From: a virus
Lineage: Duplodnaviria; Caudoviricetes
Virus record (IMG/VR): IMGVR_UViG_3300033565_000069
Coordinates: 1 to 33,348 of that record
Strand: one strand, 5' to 3'
Length of the DNA: 33,348 nucleotides
Shown: positions 25,163 to 33,348 of the stretch, in pieces
How the letters are laid out: each line of letters opens with the position of its first letter
Position numbering within the stretch: position 1 is the stretch's first letter
The notes under the pieces: generated by a model
What the model saw: only the letters and a program-made list of their open reading frames with translations
What the model was told of the DNA's origin: nothing
The model's database searches: none
Made by a program: the position numbers and the translations under genes

Positions 25163-27031
25163 TTAAGCAGTCCGTTTCCATACATAAACTGAGAGATAGA
25201 GAGGCAGATTCGACGTACTTCCAGTGGATCCCGGTGTTGTCGCATCCGTCGTCAACGCAATGGATCCCGTGTTTCCTGGAGTCGTTGAATCGGTCGTTAG
25301 GGCGGTGGAACCCGTATTCCCAGGGGTTGTTGAATCGGTCGATAGACTGGTATTGTCGGTAGACCCACCCAATTCAGTCGCGGCACCATTGGTTGCAGAG
25401 GATGCTGACCAGGCACCAGCGTTCTTATTTGTCTCTGTCCAGACTGGAGACACAGACTTTTGACGATTGTAGATGTACCCGGTGTTCCCACGAATCAAGG
25501 CGTAGCCGGATACCAGAGTATGGTTGTGAGCCGGAACGACATGGGTATGCGCGGCTGAACTGTGATTATGAGGTGCAACGCTATGACTGTGCGCGGCTGA
25601 ACTATGACTATGAGCTGCAAGTTCATGGGTATGTGAAGGCGAAGTATGCGTATGGGTTGCGGATCCACCACTGGATCCTGGACTATACGTCGATCCACCG
25701 GCCAACAAAAATTTGTCCGATATCTGCACCCACGTACCACCAAAGAGGATCCCTGGGCTTGTTGAAACTACACTTAGGTACAAAGCACCGATGGGATAGA
25801 TCAGATTCCAAAGGTTGTTGAGCTGCGTTTGAAGCGCTGAGGTTACTCCAGCAAGATACCCAACCTCCGTTGATGAAGGCGATCCGGCAACAAGGTTTCC
25901 GGATCCATCCGAAATCACGACTCGATTGGGAGTCAGTGAGAGTGACCCGCTTGATCCAGATTCTGAAGTATCAGATTCGTTCAATGAATGAACTCTCGTT
26001 GCTTTGCCAAAGATCGGGAGAATAGAACTTCCATTGGCATCTTCAACCTCGGTGATCTCCGTGATCCGGACATGGATCCGTTTCCCCCAGCGGCTATTTT
26101 CAATGGTCACGATGTCCCCTAAGTCATAGTCGACTTTATAGGTACCATTACCATTGGGTAGGACGGTCCCTTCAAAGGATCTCACTGTTGGTGTTAAGGC
26201 TTCAAATCCTTTTTGAGCAAGCTGCATCTCATATTCCTTTGTTCTCATTCCATCTTCGATGCGAATGTCTTTGGCATTAATGAAAACCTCGCGACGTCCT
26301 AAGCCGCTTTCGCTCCCGACGAGAATCAGTGTTCGATCCTCTTTAACCCCTTCCCCACCCACAAGGGCAAAGTTGGAAGTGGATTGCGCATTTTCCTGAT
26401 AGGTTGAGGTAAGTAGATTGTCATAATCATTACTGAAGATGACGCGAGGATTCTCACTCTGCAAGAAGGATCGGTCCAACGGTTTCATCACTTCAAAGCG
26501 GAATTTCTTGTCACTTGGAATGAATCGAATCCGGAAACCAAGACCACTGGTTTCGGACAAGCCTCTTAGGGTAGACAAGAGATTCTTATAGGTCGCTTGA
26601 AACTGGATCATCTCGGTGAATCCCATCAAGGGTCCGAGTTCAACTTCAGGCATGATCCGGTCCGATATCGTCGGGGTTATGCAGCATGCACTGACTAAGC
26701 TTCGCATGGCATCTTCAACGGTTGAATTGAAGGTATGTGTCTCAAAGAGGATCCGTCGATCGAGGATACTGGATCCAAATCGACCAGTAATCTTTAAGTT
26801 CTCCCCGGCTTCGTTTTGTTCCAGTGACAGGGTTTCGATGATTCCAAACTCGAGCGCATCCTTCTTGGTCACCAGATGATTCATCTTGAGCAACTCAATG
26901 GCTTCTAGGGTGGCCGGGACATGGATTTCAAAGTCCCCACAAGAATGAAAGACGCGATGCCAAATGACATCAGTCGCTGTATCGAGGATTCCAATCAAGT
27001 CAAGTTGTGTATCATAGATCCGTAGTTCCAT
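25163..27031 (-). CDS. ReqiPepy6 Gp37-like tail protein fused to an HxH-repeat fibre tip
   Basis: W.R.F...GDFEI, LVGGEG, RREVFINA, DYDLGDIVT motifs; IYPIGALYLS...GGTWVQI...LPLYLSVYVWKRTA collar; 7 HxH motifs. Confidence 0.85.
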   Translation of the reverse strand: MELRIYDTQLDLIGILDTATDVIWHRVFHSCGDFEIHVPATLEAIELLKMNHLVTKKDALEFGIIETLSLEQNEAGENLKITGRFGSSILDRRILFETHTFNSTVEDAMRSLVSACCITPTISDRIMPEVELGPLMGFTEMIQFQATYKNLLSTLRGLSETSGLGFRIRFIPSDKKFRFEVMKPLDRSFLQSENPRVIFSNDYDNLLTSTYQENAQSTSNFALVGGEGVKEDRTLILVGSESGLGRREVFINAKDIRIEDGMRTKEYEMQLAQKGFEALTPTVRSFEGTVLPNGNGTYKVDYDLGDIVTIENSRWGKRIHVRITEITEVEDANGSSILPIFGKATRVHSLNESDTSESGSSGSLSLTPNRVVISDGSGNLVAGSPSSTEVGYLAGVTSALQTQLNNLWNLIYPIGALYLSVVSTSPGILFGGTWVQISDKFLLAGGSTYSPGSSGGSATHTHTSPSHTHELAAHSHSSAAHSHSVAPHNHSSAAHTHVVPAHNHTLVSGYALIRGNTGYIYNRQKSVSPVWTETNKNAGAWSASSATNGAATELGGSTDNTSLSTDSTTPGNTGSTALTTDSTTPGNTGSIALTTDATTPGSTGSTSNLPLYLSVYVWKRTA

Positions 27032-27034
27032 TGG

Positions 27035-27883
27035 CTATACCCCGCTGTATTTAGGACGAAAGGTAATCTCTGTAAACAGCGAAGAAGAACCACTGCTGCT
27101 GGTAGCGTAAAGGACGTTGTCTCCTTCTTCCAACTGCAGAAAAGTAGATCCCAACGCTAAGGCATTGAAGAGGTTGGTAACTTCACCATTACGCAAGCGC
27201 TCGATGCGTTTCTTGCCAACATCCGTTGTGATCGTCAGTACATCCCCCGCCAACATCGTCGTTTGAAGTTCAATGAACGCCAGGGTTTGGGTATTGATGA
27301 GTTTGGGGTTCACGACTTCTCCATTGGCACTATAGCGAATCTTCATACCAACGGAAATGTCTCCAGGATTGAAGAGGTTAACCGCTTCAGAGGGAACCAC
27401 AATCCCCATTTCAACACCTAAGTCGGTGAGTTGAAGTGGAAAGGTAAAAGTGGATTCGATGAAGGAAATATCCATCAAGATGTCCTGTAGGGCTTCGAAG
27501 TAGGGTTGAGGACAAAGCAAGGAAATCATCGCTTTGACTGGCCAACTCATCGGAGGAATTTCCAATGCTTCGACGTAAGCTTCGATCTGTGCCTCGATCC
27601 GCTCCGAGGTATAAATCAACATCCCCTTCTGCTTGATTTTGAAGAGTTCGTAGAGTTTCTGACGGTTGGATTCGACCTCTCCTTGAAGTTGGAGTGTGAG
27701 GACCAGATTGCGTGGGTTCACCGACGCATTGACAAAGGTTGCGCCATCAAAGCCGGCGATGGCTTGAATTTGGATGTTGGCTTTAGGCGGCGTGATGCCG
27801 GTAAAATCGATCAATGCGAAGTCACTGCCTTCCCCGAGGTCGAGGGATTTTTGTTTCGCATTGATGTATTGAAGTTGGATCAT
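27035..27883 (-). CDS. Distal tail protein (Dit)
   Basis: Follows TMP; DGATF...PRNLVL, LLCPQPYF, NPGD, FLQLEEGDN motifs. Confidence 0.85.
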   Translation of the reverse strand: MIQLQYINAKQKSLDLGEGSDFALIDFTGITPPKANIQIQAIAGFDGATFVNASVNPRNLVLTLQLQGEVESNRQKLYELFKIKQKGMLIYTSERIEAQIEAYVEALEIPPMSWPVKAMISLLCPQPYFEALQDILMDISFIESTFTFPLQLTDLGVEMGIVVPSEAVNLFNPGDISVGMKIRYSANGEVVNPKLINTQTLAFIELQTTMLAGDVLTITTDVGKKRIERLRNGEVTNLFNALALGSTFLQLEEGDNVLYATSSSGSSSLFTEITFRPKYSGV

Positions 27884-27886
27884 GCC

Positions 27887-29836
27887 TTACCCTCCCTTGC
27901 TCAAAGCGACGGCCAACACTTGACTAGCGTTCTTCGTTTGGCGATAGACTTCGTAGGCCGAGAGGGCTTTTGGCGAAGTGATATGTTGCGTCAGTTGAAT
28001 CGACGGTCCGCTCGGACCGGATGCTGCAGAAGTGAAGTTGCTCGGTTGAACACTCGCATTGAAGGATGTCGGAATCGCTTTTTGAATGTCTGTATTGATC
28101 GACTTCATCTCACTGCTAAACCCAGAACCTAAGCCAAGAGCCATGTTCTCACCGATTCCCGCGAAGACTTTGGAGGGCGATCGGATCCCTAATAAATCCT
28201 TCGCCCCATCGATGATCCCGGAAAAGAAACCTCCGACTTTGTCACCGATCCACGAGGTCATGCCTTGAATACCATTCCATACTCCTTCGACAATGTTGGA
28301 ACCAATATCCTTGAACCAATCCCCAACCTTTGAAAGACTTTCGGGGATGGTTTTGGTAAAGAAGGTCACGATCTTCCCTACCACCTCGCTTATAATCGAT
28401 AGGATTCCCTCAAAGATTTTCTTCACGGCTTTACGGAAATCCTCATTGGTGTTCCAGAGGATGAGGATCCCCGCGACAAGGGCTGCCACAAGAGTGATGA
28501 GTATCCCAATCGGATTGGCGGCCATCACGATATTCAGTAGGGCTTGCGCGGCACTCATCCCTTCGGTGGCGACTTGCCAGCCTTTGACCATCGTGATTAA
28601 TCCCTGAATCATAGTCACCACATTCCATGCTGCAAGTCCGGCCGCAATTCCACCGATGACAGAAACAATCATTGGACCATTTTCAATCGTAAAGGTGATG
28701 AAGCTTTGAATGGCTTCGATGATCGCGGGCATGTTGTCTTTGAGTTGGGTAACTAAGTCATTGATCACCGGGGTAAGCTGTGCCAAGGCTTCGTTCATCA
28801 AGCCTTGCGTGGAAGCTTTCAAAGTCTCCATGTTGTCGTCAAAGGTCCCCAGGGCGCTTACACCTTCATTGCTAACAACCGCCCCAACCTGGTGCGCTTC
28901 TTGGGCTAAGCGGTTGAGCTCAGTCGATCCCGCTTTGATAAGTGGATTCAGCTCCGTCGCACTCTTCCCAAAGATTTGCATGGCTAAGGCGTCACGTTCG
29001 GTTTCGTTGGTGACTTTACCTAAGGCATCGATCACCTCGTAGAAGACGGCTTTGTTGTTGCGCAACGATCCATCCGCATTGGTAATCTGAACATCGAGTT
29101 CTTTGTACGCAGCCGCTTGATCGTTAAGTTTTCCAGTCGCAAGTGCATCGCGTGCATCATCCATTGTCCGGGTCATCTTATTCAAAGATCCGGTCATGGT
29201 TTCAACCGACACATCCACAAATCGCGCCGCATAGTCCAACTCTTGCAGTTGTTGGACGGAGATTCCGGTTTTATTGGAGAGTGTAATGAGATTATCTGCA
29301 AAGTGTCCAGCATCACTCATCAATTTCAGGATCGCTGCACCCGCAGCCGCCGCAGCCGCAGTTACGGCGACGAGAGCTTTCTTACCCAGCTCATTCATCG
29401 AGGACGTGAGCTCATCGGTTTTCTTCTTCAAGGTTTCTTTTTGTTTCGCGAGATTCTCCGAGCCATCTTTTAGCTTCGAGAGGGCAGTTTGGGTCTCATC
29501 GAGCTCGAGCTTGTTGCGATTCAGGGAAGCGGATTCGCGATTGATCGATACTTCAAGATCCTGGGCGGCTTTCGAATTAATACCATAGGCTTCGGAAACT
29601 TGTTGGTGTTGTTCTTTGAGAGCGCGCACCTTTTGTTCTTGAATGTCGACGATGGTCGAGAGGCTTTTGATTCGAGCACTGAGACCATCAGCATTTTCGC
29701 CCCAGGTACCCATACTTGCGGCAGCAGCTTTGAACTCGGAGTCTGCAATCCGGATTAGGCGATTGGCTTCGGTGAGTCCGGCTTTGAGATCGGTCGTATC
29801 GAGTGTCCACTTCCCACCTAAGATTTCATCGGCCAT
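27887..29836 (-). CDS. Tail tape measure protein
   Basis: N-terminal coiled coil, AMQIFGKSA.ELNPLI, AANPIG, LGIRSPSKVF. Confidence 0.92.
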   Translation of the reverse strand: MADEILGGKWTLDTTDLKAGLTEANRLIRIADSEFKAAAASMGTWGENADGLSARIKSLSTIVDIQEQKVRALKEQHQQVSEAYGINSKAAQDLEVSINRESASLNRNKLELDETQTALSKLKDGSENLAKQKETLKKKTDELTSSMNELGKKALVAVTAAAAAAGAAILKLMSDAGHFADNLITLSNKTGISVQQLQELDYAARFVDVSVETMTGSLNKMTRTMDDARDALATGKLNDQAAAYKELDVQITNADGSLRNNKAVFYEVIDALGKVTNETERDALAMQIFGKSATELNPLIKAGSTELNRLAQEAHQVGAVVSNEGVSALGTFDDNMETLKASTQGLMNEALAQLTPVINDLVTQLKDNMPAIIEAIQSFITFTIENGPMIVSVIGGIAAGLAAWNVVTMIQGLITMVKGWQVATEGMSAAQALLNIVMAANPIGILITLVAALVAGILILWNTNEDFRKAVKKIFEGILSIISEVVGKIVTFFTKTIPESLSKVGDWFKDIGSNIVEGVWNGIQGMTSWIGDKVGGFFSGIIDGAKDLLGIRSPSKVFAGIGENMALGLGSGFSSEMKSINTDIQKAIPTSFNASVQPSNFTSAASGPSGPSIQLTQHITSPKALSAYEVYRQTKNASQVLAVALSKGG

Positions 29837-29854
29837 TCGCAATCACCGTCCTTT

Positions 29855-30112
29855 CTAGAACCAGCTCACTTGATCTGCATAGACTTTCTTTCGTTGTTTC
29901 ATTCTCTCGGGTGAACTTGGTTTCTTGCGACCCTGGCGCGAGAGCTTGTTGATGAGGAGAATGACTTCATCCGCTTCTTTTCGTCTTAGACGGAAAGGAT
30001 CCAATGCGGGAAACGCTTTACAGAGGTTCAAGACAAGTTCAAAGATAATCTCGGAAAGTGGTGAAGCTTCCTCGCTTGTTACTAAGGAGTCTTCACCGTT
30101 TCCACGTTTTTT
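29855..30112 (-). CDS. gpT portion of the tail assembly chaperone (expressed by -1 frameshift)
   Basis: -1 frame opens across A_AAA_AAC and runs to just before TMP; no convincing start of its own. Confidence 0.75.
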   Translation of the reverse strand, partial: KKRGNGEDSLVTSEEASPLSEIIFELVLNLCKAFPALDPFRLRRKEADEVILLINKLSRQGRKKPSSPERMKQRKKVYADQVSWF

Positions 30113-30396
30113 TCGGTGTTTCCTTCGATGTTCTTGACGACATTCACGATTTGTTGGAAGCATCGTTTGATGTCATTCACATCCGCTTGACGCAAGAGCT
30201 CTTTTGTCAATTTGGGAAAGACCAATTGGATGAAGGTTCCCATTGCTTGGATGGCTTCCCGTTCGGACTTTCCTGTGAGCTTTTCTGAAAGATCCACTAC
30301 ATCTTCGATAATGCCCCAGCGGATTCGACTTTCAGTAAACTCCGCGAGGATTTCATCCGTTTCATCGTAAATCGTTAACGAGATGCTAGATTTCAT
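30082..30396 (-). CDS. Tail assembly chaperone (gpG-like)
   Basis: Between the major tail and TMP genes; GAGGTGA RBS; slippery site near the 3' end. Confidence 0.8.
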   Translation of the reverse strand: MKSSISLTIYDETDEILAEFTESRIRWGIIEDVVDLSEKLTGKSEREAIQAMGTFIQLVFPKLTKELLRQADVNDIKRCFQQIVNVVKNIEGNTEKNVETVKTP

Positions 30397-30408
30397 TCGC
30401 TCACCTCA

Positions 30409-31038
30409 CTAAGGAGTTGGTGTGATGACCGTCAAATTCTCCGGCGTTACTACTTGAGAGAACCATTCAGAAACATCCGCTTTCCCATCCCGGGCATCCA
30501 CGACGAGTTGCTTCCCGGGTTTTTTACTGGCATCCGGAAGTTCGAAGCGGAACTTCGTGGTGATCCCGGTAAAGATCAGTTTGTGATTGTTGGTGTCAGT
30601 CGAGCTGTCCTGTGCTTTCGCGCTCTCTTCATCGAGCCTAAAGGTCCCTTTATGCCGCCAGACGTAGCGATAGGTTCCATCGGTGAAACGTAAGCGATAT
30701 CCGATCGCGAAGTATTTCGTTTGCGTTTCTCCGGTATCGAGTAATGCTCCCGTCACAGTGTCGACGACTTTCCCAAGTAACCGTGCAACAAGGGCAATCG
30801 GAAGGACGGGGACCGTCAAGGTGGCTTCATCAAAGCCTTCAGCCGTAACGATCAGAAACGGTTGATTGTCGTAGTATTTTGGGTCCGAGGCGCGTTCCGT
30901 TTTGACTGAAATCTCCCCAGCTGGCGCTAAGACCTCCGGCGTTCCAGCCGTATAGGCGGTCGCATCGTCTTTCGTGATTTCAGCGAAGTATAGATTGTCG
31001 AAACCTTGATATTCTTCATATACATAGGGTTGAGACAT
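30409..31038 (-). CDS. Major tail (tube) protein, phi13-like
   Basis: GFDNLYFAEI..DD, YYDN, YFAIGYR...DGTYRYVW..KG.F, WFSQVVTP. Confidence 0.88.
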   Translation of the reverse strand: MSQPYVYEEYQGFDNLYFAEITKDDATAYTAGTPEVLAPAGEISVKTERASDPKYYDNQPFLIVTAEGFDEATLTVPVLPIALVARLLGKVVDTVTGALLDTGETQTKYFAIGYRLRFTDGTYRYVWRHKGTFRLDEESAKAQDSSTDTNNHKLIFTGITTKFRFELPDASKKPGKQLVVDARDGKADVSEWFSQVVTPENLTVITPTP

Positions 31039-31041
31039 GGT

Positions 31042-31392
31042 TTAGAAATTCCTTTCTGTGGTGATGAAGTTCATACTCCATCCATAATGATCACCTTCAA
31101 AGCCTAGATCGCGTCCACGACTATCCCGGATAAATCCAGCATTGCGACAGGCGAGAAAGATTTGTTGCGGTAGCGAATTCAAGAGACTCATCTTGGTTGA
31201 ATAGAGCACGACTTGAATGCGGATATAGGACACAAGGGGCCCATCCTCATAGCTGTTTCCATCAGGACTATCGATAATGAAGTAGGTCAAGAAACTCTCG
31301 GGAAGCGGTTCATTCTCTGCGATTGATCCCTGCAAGCGTACTTCCAATCCCATTGGTGTTAGTGCCGCAATTAATTTTTCTCGGACATTCAT
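31042..31392 (-). CDS. Tail terminator/completion protein
   Basis: Position; P.SFLTYF...IQVVLYS...AGF pattern. Confidence 0.65.
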   Translation of the reverse strand: MNVREKLIAALTPMGLEVRLQGSIAENEPLPESFLTYFIIDSPDGNSYEDGPLVSYIRIQVVLYSTKMSLLNSLPQQIFLACRNAGFIRDSRGRDLGFEGDHYGWSMNFITTERNF

Positions 31393-31796
31393 CGTTTCAA
31401 GTCCTCCAGAATTTGGGTAAGGATTGCCTGTTGTGTTTTTCGTGCTTTGGCTTGGTTACGTTGAATAGCCGGTCGAATGAAGGGTTCGGGTTTCATATGG
31501 GGTGTCCCGTGTTCGATAAACAGTGCCGGTAGACCCCCTTTCCATAAATCAAAGCCCACGTTTAACGTGAGCCGATTTCCTTCCCGTTCAATTTGGGTCG
31601 GATCATTGAGCGAAGCTTCGGTTAGTCCGGTTCGACGATGTTTCTTTATGCTTGCTTTGAGATCGCTCAAAAACGGTTTGGCGCTTTCGACGATGGCTTT
31701 CTCGGCTGCCGCATCAATGTTGCCTCCGGCTTTTTGTATGCGCTCCAGGAGTTCCTTGACGCCGCTCAAGTCGAGTTTCATGGCATTCTTAGCCAT
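31389..31796 (-). CDS. HK97 gp10-like tail component
   Basis: RTGLTEASL, FIEHGTPHMKPEPFIRPA; start MAKNAMK at a TAATG overlap. Confidence 0.8.
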   Translation of the reverse strand: MAKNAMKLDLSGVKELLERIQKAGGNIDAAAEKAIVESAKPFLSDLKASIKKHRRTGLTEASLNDPTQIEREGNRLTLNVGFDLWKGGLPALFIEHGTPHMKPEPFIRPAIQRNQAKARKTQQAILTQILEDLKR

Positions 31797-32146
31797 TAGG
31801 CACCACCAGAAATCTTGCGGACTTTCAAGATGAGATATTGGTTTCGCATGTCGAAGTTCTCCGGTTCGCCAATCACTTCCCAAAGACTTTGATCTTGAAG
31901 CAGGAGAATCCGGTCCGCCGCTTGGATGTCTTGACGATACCAAGTCACCAGTGTTGCGGTATTGAGTAGGACGAGACTTCCATTGACGACGTACTCAGTC
32001 CCCCCATAGGTTTTAAAGCTGCAGTTGAGGATCGGATCCGCCGCATCCTCAAAAGTGAACTCCAGTGCGCCACTGACTTTTGTCGCAATGCGCTTTTGAA
32101 GTTTCACCGCAGTAGTGAACGATCCGACGCCAGTGGGCTTAAACAC
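31796..32146 (-). CDS. Head closure / head-tail adaptor
   Basis: WYRQDIQAADRI...WEVIGEPENFDMRNQYL; position. Confidence 0.75.
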   Translation of the reverse strand: MFKPTGVGSFTTAVKLQKRIATKVSGALEFTFEDAADPILNCSFKTYGGTEYVVNGSLVLLNTATLVTWYRQDIQAADRILLLQDQSLWEVIGEPENFDMRNQYLILKVRKISGGA

Positions 32147-32423
32147 TGGCTACCACCGGATCTGGAAGAGTGTTAAGTTGGATCAGTCGTTGCATGAAGT
32201 AAGGACTAAATCGAACAGTGCCACTCTCCAGGTTCCAGAGATCAGCCACCCCACGAAGAATCACACCAACGGAAACTTCACTCTCAAGAATGTCGGATCG
32301 GACACCGGCGCTTGCCATAAAGGCTTTGACATCCTTCAGATGACGAAGGATCGTTCCATCTTGAGTTGGTCCGGTTACACCCAATCCTTTTTTCACTTCA
32401 ATGAGTAGTTCAGCTTCCGTCAT
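32139..32423 (-). CDS. Head-tail connector (gp6-like)
   Basis: LLIEVKKGLGV...D..I......VKAFMASAGV...LIQL; follows the capsid gene. Confidence 0.78.
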   Translation of the reverse strand: MTEAELLIEVKKGLGVTGPTQDGTILRHLKDVKAFMASAGVRSDILESEVSVGVILRGVADLWNLESGTVRFSPYFMQRLIQLNTLPDPVVASV

Positions 32424-32452
32424 GGATTCTCCTTTCTGAGGCGCTGCCTAAA

Positions 32453-33348
32453 CTAAGCGGCTTTCTTCTTGATGATCAGGAAGCCATTGGAAGCCACAAC
32501 GTTACCGCCCACAAAGACGCTTCCTTTAATTGCCAACATGCCCTTCTTAAACGCCGCATCTTCCGAGACTTTGATCTCGTAGGGACTAAACAAGGCGAGT
32601 TCGTAGGCTCCTGGATTGCCATAAATCATGCACGGGGTCGTGGCGACGGTCGCCGCATCACTGAGGGCTTTGAGGGCACTGTTGATGACATAGCGAACCG
32701 AGAGACCGCCATCCTTTAGGATCCCGGCATTGGGGTTGGAGGCATCCGGGGTGATTTCGTAGACGGATTTCTTATCCGCTCCACGTACATCCCCAAAGGC
32801 AATCAAATCGTTCTTGTTGACCAAGAGGACCGCATTCCCCAGGATGTTTTCATCACCACCATACGACATCGCAATCTTGCGCAAGGTTTTTTCATCAATC
32901 GCACTGAATTCCAAGGCCGCATCGGTGATCGCCGGGGCATTGAGAATCCCAGTGAACTCGGCCGGAGTTGCTGCCGGATTTCCTAAGGGAATCAAACGTG
33001 CGACTTTCTTACGCAATGCAATCAAGGCCGCTTGGCGAATCTTGGTCAGGTATTGGACCGGCGTCAGCTTGGAAACCTCCTCGGTGACTTCGGTGTAGAT
33101 CGTAATCTTGATCGGTTTGATCGAGACGTAGTCGAAGACCGGTTCGCCATCAGAGTAGTCTTGACCTTCGCCGGTGATGCCTCCTTCAGCATAGCTGATA
33201 ACATAAGGCACTTCGTATTCGGTCATCCCCTCCGCCGAAACCACATTGACCAATTCAACCACCGAAGAGACTTCATTGAACTTCTCGTTGATCGTGTTTT
33301 GGACCGGTTTTGGAGAGATCAGGTTTCCCGATCCGATGGTGACGGCGC
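32453..33348 (-). CDS. Major capsid protein (HK97 fold), 5' part outside the window
   Basis: Frame open to the window edge (AVTIGSGNLISPKPVQNTINE...); EGQDY, TGILN, YGNP..Y, F.KGMLAIKG..FVGGNVV. Confidence 0.88.
   Translation of the reverse strand, partial: AVTIGSGNLISPKPVQNTINEKFNEVSSVVELVNVVSAEGMTEYEVPYVISYAEGGITGEGQDYSDGEPVFDYVSIKPIKITIYTEVTEEVSKLTPVQYLTKIRQAALIALRKKVARLIPLGNPAATPAEFTGILNAPAITDAALEFSAIDEKTLRKIAMSYGGDENILGNAVLLVNKNDLIAFGDVRGADKKSVYEITPDASNPNAGILKDGGLSVRYVINSALKALSDAATVATTPCMIYGNPGAYELALFSPYEIKVSEDAAFKKGMLAIKGSVFVGGNVVASNGFLIIKKKAA

Larger units (their letters stand above)
359..33348. mobile_element. Temperate siphovirus genome segment in attP-intact (excised or tandem-junction) configuration
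   Basis: Order capsid-connector-tail-TMP-Dit-fibres-holin-endolysin-cargo-attP-int-CI/Cro-replication. Left boundary uncertain; right end runs out of the window. Confidence 0.9.

Noticed and set aside
23413-27031. Diversity-generating retroelement or invertible tail-fibre shufflon
   Set aside because: No reverse transcriptase, no adenine-specific TR/VR pair seen, no invertase or inverted cassette nearby.
27506-28132. 208-aa plus-strand ORF and other antisense/shadow ORFs (e.g. 1845-2270, 6546-7022, 25393-25821)
   Set aside because: They lie opposite well-supported genes and have no recognisable motifs.
31797-31943. 49-aa N-terminal extension of the gp10-like gene
   Set aside because: It lies within the head-closure gene; the TAATG coupling at 31796 gives the more likely start.

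Overview
Most of a temperate siphovirus genome, probably of a Firmicutes host (inferred from gene families and a peptidoglycan endolysin). It reads in the excised/virion gene order. On the minus strand run capsid, head-tail and tail genes, the lysis cassette and an AT-rich cargo of ~11.8 kb. Next come an intact attP (tRNA-Gly 3' end with integrase arm repeats on both sides), the plus-strand integrase and CI, and the minus-strand Cro/replication/methylase operon. The cargo (9844-21640) is a dense anti-phage island. It holds a three-gene Eco57I-like R-M system, three modified-base-reader/nuclease fusions (EVE-EVE-HNH, wH-HNH, DUF3578-DUF3883) and a stand-alone SRA domain. It also holds a translationally coupled 2TM-effector + DEDDh exonuclease pair that I cannot assign to a named system; this is the best novelty candidate. 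Other points: a cassette bracketed by a duplicated integrase 3' end, a non-canonical start on the first R-M gene, a -1 frameshift in the tail chaperone, and unusual fibre architectures. The left edge carries a 28-bp palindrome and a host-like ArsR/SmtB gene start. All family calls are by-eye motif recognition; no searches were run.
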